A DNA stretch of 32,000 nucleotides from Thermodesulfobacteriota bacterium (GTDB lineage Bacteria > Desulfobacterota > WTBG01 > JAGOGO01): positions 2,500,542-2,532,541 of the forward strand of contig CP113000.1 of NCBI GenBank assembly GCA_026625185.1, read 5' to 3'. The translations under genes were made by a program, and so were the position numbers. Shown one piece after another: positions 24,189-31,595 of this stretch (positions within the stretch are counted from its first letter, which is position 1; the number at the start of each line of letters is the position of its first letter). Under the pieces are notes generated by a model. It was not told the origin of the DNA. It was given only the letters and a program-made list of their open reading frames with translations, and made no database searches.

Positions 24189-24467
24189 ATGGCAAAGGAC
24201 CCAGGGATAGGATACCGACTTATGGCTACCATAACCGGGGCTAAAGGTCAGTGTAACGCCGGCCATCGGGTAGGGGAAAAGTTTGAAATCAGTTGTCACA
24301 ACCCGGGAGGGTTGTGCGGTTTTTTTTATCACGACATTTTTCCCAGTCTGGAAACTTTTCAGTTTGGAGGAAGCCTTCATTGGTGGGAAGGTGATACAAT
24401 TCACCTGCAATGCCCGGATAGTGATAACCTGGTAACCTTAAAGGTGGAAAGGTCAAAGAGGATATAG
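24189..24467 (+). CDS. Small Cys-rich protein, TIGR04076-like
   Basis: MAKDPGIGYRLMATITGAKGQCNAGHRVGEKFEIS...GGLCGFFYHDIFPSLETFQFGG...LQCPDSDNLVTLKVER matches my recollection of the TIGR04076 pattern (C-x2-GH-x-G...GLC...CPD). AGGAGG lies 9 nt before the ATG at 24189. Confidence 0.6.
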   Translation: MAKDPGIGYRLMATITGAKGQCNAGHRVGEKFEISCHNPGGLCGFFYHDIFPSLETFQFGGSLHWWEGDTIHLQCPDSDNLVTLKVERSKRI

Positions 24468-24585
24468 GTGTATTTCTGGCCCGCCTATTTATCGCCCAGC
24501 TTTTGACTATGGTATGACAGGCCCTCTATGATGCTCTAACCAAGTAAAACTGTTTTAAAATCCGGTGTCCTGGGGGCGAGGCAAT

Positions 24586-24961
24586 TCATTTCCTAAAGAC
24601 CTTTTTTAAAAGGTCGGTAACCTGCGCCGCCAGGTTGGTTCTGATTTTTTTTTCTTACTGTCCGATCATATAAAAAAGAGCGTCCATCGCCTTGCTGGTT
24701 ACGTAATGGTCAAGGTCAAAGGATGGTGACTTCATAAACGGTAAGGCGGTGTATTTGTCCATCATTGTTTTATACGAGCGGGTAACTCAGACCTCATTCA
24801 TGCTTTGAAAAAATAATCGGCTTATAAAGGCCGTAGAAATGTTATCCGAGGTTTTTTTGCGGGGAAATTCCCGCGCCCTGCTTAACAGTATCCTGTAAGC
24901 CGGTACCGGATGCGGCAAAAAATAAAAGAAAACAAATAACGATAAACCATGCTTTTTTCAT
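24586..24961 (-). pseudogene. Decayed DUF4197-family secreted protein gene (signal peptide plus C-terminus retained, middle lost, in-frame stop)
   Basis: The 5' part at 24961..24842 encodes MKKAWFIVICFLLFFAASGTG... with AGGAGG upstream. The 3' part reads ...[55 protein letters not shown]. This is the conserved DUF4197 C-terminus ([37 protein letters not shown]), with TAA where Glu is expected. The total span is about half the length expected for the family. Confidence 0.55.
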
Positions 24962-25287
24962 CTTCGCCTCCTGGGAGAGGCAGAAATATATTTTGGCATC
25001 CATTGAAAATATTATCACTTTTTTAACAAGGTTCAATTTCAAATACCAAGAACCAATTAAAATCATTATGTTCCAGGAGATAACTTCCTTTTACTAAAAA
25101 TGAAGGAAATTTCCTTTATCCCATAAAATACCCGATATTTTTTAAGGTTTCTTTTCAATGCTGATTATAATTTTGTTGAAAAAGTATTAAATTCCGGTAA
25201 ACTATTTAATTTAAAAATCGTCATATCATAAAGAGTCAAGAGGGTTGGGGAAATTGTTTTTATTAATCAATTTTGGAAAGGGTATAT

Positions 25288-27957
25288 ATGGACACTGATG
25301 ATGGTGGCAATGGCAATAAAATCAGCACCTTGCCATTCATAGAAATTCGTAAGGTGCTGACCCTGCGAGGGCCTAATATTTGGGCAAATTTCCCCGTACT
25401 CGAGGCATGGGTAGACCTTAAACAATTTAATGAAATTCCTTCCAATAAGATACCGGGATTCAACGAACGCCTTATGGTTTGGCTACCCACCATGATCGAA
25501 CACCGGTGCAGTCGCGGTGAGCGGGGTGGGTTTTTCGCTCGCTTGCATGACGGCACCTATCTCGCCCACATCTTGGAACATATTACCTTAGAGCTGCAGA
25601 CTTTGGCAGGAACCAACGTTGGTTATGGTAAGAGCCGGGAAACATCTGAGCAAGGAGTCTACAAAGTCGCCATAGAATATGTAGAAGAGACCCTCGCCAA
25701 AGAGTGTTTAAAAGTCGCTGCTGGGATTTGTTTTTCAGCTGTTCACGATATCCCTTTTGATATATCGCGCCAGATAAATCGCTTAAAAGATATTGCCCAA
25801 GATATTTGTTTGGGACCAAGTACCCGGGCAATTGTAGAAGCTGCCCGCGCCCGGAAAATCCCGGTGCGAAGGCTTAATTCCGGAAGTTTGGTCATGTTTG
25901 GATACGGCTCTCGCCAGCGTCGCATCCTTGCTTCTGAGACCGATCAAACCAAGGCGATTGCCGAAGAGATTGCCCAGGATAAACAAGTAACCAAAACGCT
26001 CTTGAAGGCAGTAGGTGTTCCGGTCCCGAAAGGCCGGATCGTATACAGCGAAGAAGATGCTTGGGCGGCGGCGAGAGACCTTGATCTGCCCGTGGTCGTA
26101 AAACCGCTTGATGGCAATAAAGGACGAGGTGTTTCCGTGAATCTCACGTGTCAGGAAGAGGTTATGGCCGCCTATACCTCCGCAGCCTCCGTAGGCTCGT
26201 CGGTTTTGGTTGAGAAATTTATTCCCGGGCAGGATTATCGTCTGTTGGTGGTGGGAGATCAATTAGTTGCCGCGGCGCGGAGGGAGCCTGCTCACGTTAT
26301 TGGTGATGGAATACATACCGTTGCGGAGCTGATCGAGCAAGAGAATGAAAACCCTCTGCGGGGTAATCACCACGCGCTCCCCCTGAGTAAAATTCCTCTC
26401 GATTCGGTCTCACTGGCGGTACTCGCCGAACAAGGTCTTACCGTGGAGTCAAAACCTCTCGCGGGGACAATGGTTTTCATTCGCCGCAATGCTAACCTCA
26501 GCACCGGGGGAACTGCGGTTGATGTGACTGATGAGGTTCATTCTGAGGCGGTCACCGCCGCAATTGATGCCACGCGGGTCGTTGGTTTGGATGTTGCTGG
26601 GGTTGACGTGGTGGTACCGGACATCAGCCGTCCGTTGGGAGAACAGGGGGGAGCAATAGTGGAAATTAATGCCGCTCCCGGCTTACGTATGCACATCCAG
26701 CCTTCGCACGGGATCGGAAGGCCAGTGGGGGAGGCGATCATCTCCACACTTTTTTCTGAAGGCGAAACCGGGAGAATCCCAATTGTTGCCGTAACCGGCG
26801 TGAACGGCAAGACCACGACGACGCGGTTTATCGCTCATATTCTCAACGGCAGTAATTTCAAGGTAGGAATGGCCTGCACTGACGGTATTTATATAGACGG
26901 TCGGCGGATTGACAATGAGGATTGCAGCGGACCTCAGAGTGCACGGGAAGTTTTATTGAATCCGGTCATCGGAGCCGCAGTTTTGGAAACAGCACGAGGC
27001 GGTATTCTTCGTGAAGGGTTAGGGTTTGATTTCTGCGATGTCGGTGTCGTAACCAATATCGGCCAAGGAGACCATCTCGATCAGTATGACATCGACACCG
27101 TTGAAAAATTGGCGGTGGTAAAAAGGACAATAGTCGAAGCGGTTACACCCGAGACAGGTGCCGCGGTACTGAATGCCGCCGATCCTTTGGTGGCAGCGAT
27201 GGCACCTTACTGTCCGGGCCGGGTTGTATTTTTTTCCTGCAATGGAGACCACCGGGTGATCGTGGAACATCGCCGCAAATCCGGCCGGGCGGTCTTCATG
27301 CGACAGGACGCGGTTATCCTTGCCGAAGGAGATCACGAGCAGCGCTTGGTCTCGCTTGATTGCATCCCCCTTACCCTTGACGGCAGAGTACGATTCCAGA
27401 TCGAAAATGCTTTGGCGGCAATTGCGGCGGCGTGGTCTTTGGGGATAGCCCTCGAGAAAATCGTGGCTTCGGTGTCATCCTTTACCGCTGATATCGACAA
27501 CGTGCCAGGCCGCTTTAATCTGGTAAGGCTTAATGGTGCTACCATGATCGTCGATTATGGGCATAATGCCTCGTCGTTAGAAGCTATTATCGAAGCCCTT
27601 GATAATTTTTCGCCGCCTAATCGAACCATTGTTTACTCCACCGCGGGCGACCGGCGTGATTCCGATATTATTCTTCAAGGATTACTCCTGGGTGAAGCGT
27701 TTGACTCGGTTATTCTCTATGAAGGTCACTATATGCGGGGGCGGGGAAAAGGAGAAATTATCAGTTTGTTTCGCAAGGGCATGAACGGCACGGGTCGGGC
27801 TAAGGAAGTCAAGGAGGTCTATGGTTCACTTAACGCGATTGACCAAGGTCTGCGGTTTTTGCGTCCCAACACCTTAGTGGTGATCCAGGCAGATGTTGTT
27901 GACGAAACCATAGCGCATCTTCAAAATTACCTCAGTGCCTATCCACATCCTGCGTGA
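25288..27957 (+). CDS. cphA: Cyanophycin synthetase CphA (N domain + ATP-grasp domain + Mur-ligase-like domain)
   Basis: The N-terminus ...IRKVLTLRGPNIWANFPVLEAWVDL is the CphA signature. The ATP-grasp core is PVVVKPLDGNKGRGV...EKFIPGQDYRLLVVG. The Mur-ligase P-loop is VAVTGVNGKTTTTRFIAHIL. The start is uncertain (ATG 25288, TTG 25273, or an internal TTG). Confidence 0.9.
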   Translation: MDTDDGGNGNKISTLPFIEIRKVLTLRGPNIWANFPVLEAWVDLKQFNEIPSNKIPGFNERLMVWLPTMIEHRCSRGERGGFFARLHDGTYLAHILEHITLELQTLAGTNVGYGKSRETSEQGVYKVAIEYVEETLAKECLKVAAGICFSAVHDIPFDISRQINRLKDIAQDICLGPSTRAIVEAARARKIPVRRLNSGSLVMFGYGSRQRRILASETDQTKAIAEEIAQDKQVTKTLLKAVGVPVPKGRIVYSEEDAWAAARDLDLPVVVKPLDGNKGRGVSVNLTCQEEVMAAYTSAASVGSSVLVEKFIPGQDYRLLVVGDQLVAAARREPAHVIGDGIHTVAELIEQENENPLRGNHHALPLSKIPLDSVSLAVLAEQGLTVESKPLAGTMVFIRRNANLSTGGTAVDVTDEVHSEAVTAAIDATRVVGLDVAGVDVVVPDISRPLGEQGGAIVEINAAPGLRMHIQPSHGIGRPVGEAIISTLFSEGETGRIPIVAVTGVNGKTTTTRFIAHILNGSNFKVGMACTDGIYIDGRRIDNEDCSGPQSAREVLLNPVIGAAVLETARGGILREGLGFDFCDVGVVTNIGQGDHLDQYDIDTVEKLAVVKRTIVEAVTPETGAAVLNAADPLVAAMAPYCPGRVVFFSCNGDHRVIVEHRRKSGRAVFMRQDAVILAEGDHEQRLVSLDCIPLTLDGRVRFQIENALAAIAAAWSLGIALEKIVASVSSFTADIDNVPGRFNLVRLNGATMIVDYGHNASSLEAIIEALDNFSPPNRTIVYSTAGDRRDSDIILQGLLLGEAFDSVILYEGHYMRGRGKGEIISLFRKGMNGTGRAKEVKEVYGSLNAIDQGLRFLRPNTLVVIQADVVDETIAHLQNYLSAYPHPA

Positions 27958-28148
27958 AAGGTCACGATCTATTTCGTGCTCCCGATCAGGTCATTTCATA
28001 TAGCATTGCATTCAAAAGCAGATCGAGGCGGCGACGAGGAATCGACGCAGGCGTACGTTTTAGTACGTCGAGGAGTATGACGAGGAGACAACAAAGCTAT
28101 GCAAATGAAGGCGACTTGTTATCAGGATAAAAGAAGGAGCTTCCTTAG

Positions 28149-30458
28149 GTGGTTGAAAATAGGGAATTACCGGTTAAGTTCAAAGCACAGATAAACGGCC
28201 TTTTAAGCGAGGGTGAGATCCCTTTAGCCTGGTTTTCGCCGGACTTAGACAGCCGTCTCCATTTTGCCTATGGCTTAGTCGTCCTCACCAACCGCACGCT
28301 GATCAGCATTCAACCCCGGCCTCAGGCAAAGCATTATGCTTTTTCACGATCATTTATTTCTGAGTTCTTGAGAAGGACAAAAAAAAAAGACGCGCTTGAT
28401 AGCGATAGAGTATACATGACCTACTCACTCAACTCTATCGTCTCTTTAAGGGTCACTGAACATAAAGGAATAGGAACGCTCCACCTCCTCGATACTTCTC
28501 ATTTGCTTACCCAGTGGAAGTTCACCGCCAGTCAAAAACTCCACGCGCATCTTTTGGTAGAACGCTTTCTGGAGGTTAAGGAAAGCGGTAAAGAAAAAGC
28601 CGACGCGAACTTATCCTTATCGGAAATTACCCCGGGAGTTCCCCGCGATGGGGAACATGCGGTACTATTGGACTATGCTCCGGCGGCGGCTCCTCCGCCG
28701 GCGCGATCGTTATTTCGGTTGTTTAAATTTGCCCGGCCGTGGACCGGCATGGTCATCTTAGGATTTCTGCTGAGCGTGGGCAGCATTGCCGCTGGTCTGG
28801 TGCCGCCTTATATTACCATGCCGCTTCTTGATAAGGTCCTGATTCCTTACCAGAGCGGGACGACGGTTGATTTTCATCTGGTGGGATGGTACCTCTTTGG
28901 TTTGGCAGCCGCTTCGCTTCTTGCCTGGGTTCTCGGTTGGGCGCGCACCTATGTTCTGGCATGGGTCAGTGAGCGGGTCAGCGCTAACTTGAGAACCATT
29001 ACCTATACCCATTTGCACCGCTTATCCATTGAGTTTTTCGGGGAGAAACGGACCGGTGACCTTATTTCCCGGGTCAGTACTGATAGCGACCGTATTTGTT
29101 ATTTCTTGTCCGTCTATTTAATGGAGTTCGGCTCGGATGTGTTGATGATCCTCATGACCGCGGGCATTCTTTTAAGCATTAACCCTTTTCTTGCGCTGGT
29201 GACGCTCTGCCCGTTTCCGGTGATCTTGTGGCTTACCCATCGGGTGAGAACGGTTCTCCGGCGTGGCTTTTCTCTGGGAAGTCGCGCTTGGGCTGACATG
29301 ACGAGCGTGCTGGCGGACACGATTCCCGGCATTCGCGTGGTTAAGGCCTTTGCCCAGGAACAGCGTGAAATCGACCGATTTCAGGTGTGTAATGCCCGGG
29401 TTCTCCAGGCTAACGATCGTATCAATACCACTTGGTCTTTTTTCGGGCCGATGGTGACCTTGCTCACGGATGCCGGATTGCTGATTGTCTGGATCTTTGG
29501 TGCCTGGCAGGTTTTTCATCACCACATTACGGTGGGTGTTCTCACCGCATTCCTGGCTTATATCGGACGGTTTTACGCTCGGTTAGAGGCGATGATTAAG
29601 ATGGTTTCTGCGGTACAGCGCACGGCCGCGAGCGCTCACCGGGTGTTTGAAATTCTGGATCGAGTGCCCAGTGTTCCCGAAGTTGTTAATCCGATCATTC
29701 CCGGACGATTCCGCGGCGAGATCGAATTCCGTAATGTTGGGTTTCGTTACGGCAGCCGCCGGGTGCTTGACAACGTTAATTTAAAAATCCGACCGGGAGA
29801 GATGATTGGTTTGGTTGGTCCCACGGGCGCGGGCAAAAGTACCTTGATTAATTTAGTGTGCCGGTTCTATGATGTCTTCGATGGCGCGATTATGGTTGAT
29901 GGTATTGACATCAGACGGTTTTCCATCGAAGGATACCGGCACAATATTGGGATCGTTTTGCAGGAATCATTTTTATTTTACGGGACCATTGCTGAAAATA
30001 TCGCCTATGGGAAACCCGATGCCACGCGAAGCGAAATTATTAGGGCGGCACGAGCTGCCTGCGCTCACGAGTTTATTCTCAGACTTCCGGATGGCTACGA
30101 TACCCTGGCGGGTGAGCGCGGTCAATTTCTCTCCGGAGGCGAGCGTCAGCGAATCGGCATTGCCCGGGCAATCCTCATAGATCCGGCTATACTTATCCTT
30201 GATGAGGCAACCTCTTCCGTGGATGTAGAAACGGAGAAAGAGATTCAACGGGCGCTTGAAAATCTGGTTCAGGGCCGGACAACCATAGCGATTGCTCACC
30301 GGTTAAGCACGCTCCGGCGTGCCGACCGTTTGGTTGTTATCGAACGGGGTCAAATCATTGAGGTTGGTCGTCACTCTGAGTTGCTTGAAAAACGAGGGTC
30401 TTATGCCCGGTTGCATCGGGTAAACCTGGAAATGGCTCAATCAATGGCACAGGGATGA
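28149..30458 (+). CDS. ABC exporter (fused 6-TM permease + ATPase) with an extra N-terminal cytoplasmic domain of about 190 aa; cyanophycin-associated
   Basis: 769 aa. Walker A is GPTGAGKST, the signature motif is LSGGERQR, Walker B is ILILDEATS and the H-loop is IAHRL. There are six hydrophobic helices between residues about 200 and 480. The N-terminal 190 aa (…EIPLAWFSPDLDSRLHFAYGLVVLTNRTLISI…GIGTLHLLD…) have a bacterial PH-like pattern. GTG start, with GAAGGAG upstream. Confidence 0.85.
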   Translation: MVENRELPVKFKAQINGLLSEGEIPLAWFSPDLDSRLHFAYGLVVLTNRTLISIQPRPQAKHYAFSRSFISEFLRRTKKKDALDSDRVYMTYSLNSIVSLRVTEHKGIGTLHLLDTSHLLTQWKFTASQKLHAHLLVERFLEVKESGKEKADANLSLSEITPGVPRDGEHAVLLDYAPAAAPPPARSLFRLFKFARPWTGMVILGFLLSVGSIAAGLVPPYITMPLLDKVLIPYQSGTTVDFHLVGWYLFGLAAASLLAWVLGWARTYVLAWVSERVSANLRTITYTHLHRLSIEFFGEKRTGDLISRVSTDSDRICYFLSVYLMEFGSDVLMILMTAGILLSINPFLALVTLCPFPVILWLTHRVRTVLRRGFSLGSRAWADMTSVLADTIPGIRVVKAFAQEQREIDRFQVCNARVLQANDRINTTWSFFGPMVTLLTDAGLLIVWIFGAWQVFHHHITVGVLTAFLAYIGRFYARLEAMIKMVSAVQRTAASAHRVFEILDRVPSVPEVVNPIIPGRFRGEIEFRNVGFRYGSRRVLDNVNLKIRPGEMIGLVGPTGAGKSTLINLVCRFYDVFDGAIMVDGIDIRRFSIEGYRHNIGIVLQESFLFYGTIAENIAYGKPDATRSEIIRAARAACAHEFILRLPDGYDTLAGERGQFLSGGERQRIGIARAILIDPAILILDEATSSVDVETEKEIQRALENLVQGRTTIAIAHRLSTLRRADRLVVIERGQIIEVGRHSELLEKRGSYARLHRVNLEMAQSMAQG

Positions 30459-30465
30459 AAGGAAT

Positions 30466-30996
30466 TTGTGGGTGAAAAATTCCCATGAGAGAAATGAAGA
30501 GCACCACGAGAAGAGGGATGATGTGGATCTGAAAGAAGGTTTTTCTCTTGTGCGGGATTCTTTGGGGCGTTTGGTGTTTTGTGATCAAGAGGGGCGGGAG
30601 CAGATAGACGTTAAGCCGATCCGCATATTCCCGATTTCTGATCCGGAACATTTTGTTTCCATTTGTGACGTTGATGGTAATGAAATCATCTGCATCGAGG
30701 ATTTAACTCAACTCCCTGAGCAGGTTCATCGCCTTCTGTCGGAAGAATTGGGTGTTCGCGAATTTCTTCCGATTATTAAAAAGATTATGGGGATATCATC
30801 GCGCTTTGAACCGTCCGAGTGGCAGGTTGAAACCGACCGGGGTGAGACCTGTTTTATCCTCAATGATGAAGATGATATCCACCGCCTAAGCACCCACCGG
30901 ATTCTCATTATTGACGCCCACCGGCTCCGATACCTTATCCCGGATATGCGACGACTCGATTCCGCCAGCCGCCGAGTCCTTGCACACTACATTTAA
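30466..30996 (+). CDS. DUF1854-family protein (cyanophycin-metabolism-associated)
   Basis: About 175 aa, starting 8-14 nt after the ABC stop. It has a non-ATG start (TTG 30466 or GTG 30472), and the first in-frame ATG is far downstream. The core ...IRIFPISDPEHFVSICDVDGNEIICIEDLTQLPEQV...FLPIIKKI...W.VETDRGE..F fits my recollection of DUF1854. The assignment needs an HMM check. Confidence 0.6.
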   Translation: MWVKNSHERNEEHHEKRDDVDLKEGFSLVRDSLGRLVFCDQEGREQIDVKPIRIFPISDPEHFVSICDVDGNEIICIEDLTQLPEQVHRLLSEELGVREFLPIIKKIMGISSRFEPSEWQVETDRGETCFILNDEDDIHRLSTHRILIIDAHRLRYLIPDMRRLDSASRRVLAHYI

Positions 30997-31109
30997 CCCT
31001 GAGCTCATAAATTTTATCCTGTGGTTTTTAACGTGCCGGTAAGGCACATGGTCAGTAATGGTTAAGTTCACCGCAGTCACCTGCCCATGAGGAAAAAGTT
31101 TGCGGATGC

Positions 31110-31220
31110 CTATTTCACGGTCAGGTTATTTTTTACGTCGCTGACTCTTATGACGTTCCGGGCGATCTCCCCCGCTTTAGGGGGTTGACCGGTAAAATCA
31201 AGTTTGATAACTCGGTTCAT
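31110..31220 (-). CDS. Hypothetical 36-aa ORF (MNRVIKLDFTGQPPKAGEIARNVIRVSDVKNNLTVK)
   Basis: AAAGGA lies 7 nt upstream of the ATG at 31220. It sits between the DUF1854 gene and the tRNA fragment. No homology is recognised, and it may be a remnant. Confidence 0.2.
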   Translation of the reverse strand: MNRVIKLDFTGQPPKAGEIARNVIRVSDVKNNLTVK

Positions 31221-31306
31221 GGTAAGCATCCTTTGTTTTATTTTTTTGCTTACGGCAAAGAGCTTATACCGTAAAATCTGAGACTTGCCTTTTTATTTTC
31301 ATTCAG

Positions 31307-31348
31307 TAGGCGTAGCAGGTTTCGAACCTACGACCCCCGGCTTGTAAG
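31307..31348 (-). tRNA. Orphan 3' portion of tRNA-Val(TAC): anticodon loop to discriminator, 5' half absent
   Basis: The minus strand reads CTTACAA-GCCGG-GGGTC-GTAGG-TTCGAAA-CCTGC-TACGCCT-A. This is anticodon loop (UAC), 3' anticodon stem, 5-nt variable loop, T arm with a canonical TTCGAAA loop, 3' acceptor strand and discriminator, the same segment lengths as E. coli tRNA-Val(UAC). The 5' anticodon stem (CCGGC) and the acceptor 5' strand (AGGCGTA) are absent from the adjacent sequence. Confidence 0.7.
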
Positions 31349-31522
31349 GTCGTTTTAAATAGGATTTCTCTTTTAATTTCAACCAGTTTAATCCGTTAAA
31401 AACCGTCTTTTTCTATTAAGGGGCCTACAAAAGGCCAAAAAAAATACCTGGGAAAAAACAACCAGCGAGTAATTACTTTGGGCTGTTTTGGACTTTCTAT
31501 AATTTTAGAGCTATTCCATTCT

Positions 31523-31565
31523 GGAAAATAAAAACTGAACCTTTCTCCAAAGGAAAGAGGTTCAG
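31523..31565 (-). terminator. Rho-independent terminator of the repeat-protein gene
   Basis: ctgaacctttctcc (31535-31548) pairs with ggaaagaggttcag (31552-31565), giving 13 of 14 pairs including one G-U, with the loop aaa. On the minus strand it is followed by gtttttattttcc. Confidence 0.75.
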
Positions 31566-31595
31566 TTGACCGGGCTTCTCTGTTCTTATACTTAA

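Noticed and set aside
24598-24615. Perfect palindrome gaccttttttaaaaggtc, which looks like a bidirectional terminator.
   Set aside because: It falls within the conserved DLLKKV codons of the DUF4197 remnant, so the symmetry is explained by the coding sequence. It has no flanking U-tract in the context of an expressed gene.
25263-27545. Several minus-strand ORFs (97, 82, 60, 159, 67, 92, 105 and 70 aa) across cphA.
   Set aside because: All are antisense to the 890-aa CphA ORF and have no independent signals.
30886-31080. 64-aa minus-strand ORF overlapping the 3' end of the DUF1854 gene.
   Set aside because: It overlaps the end of a better-supported plus-strand gene by about 110 nt and has no start context.
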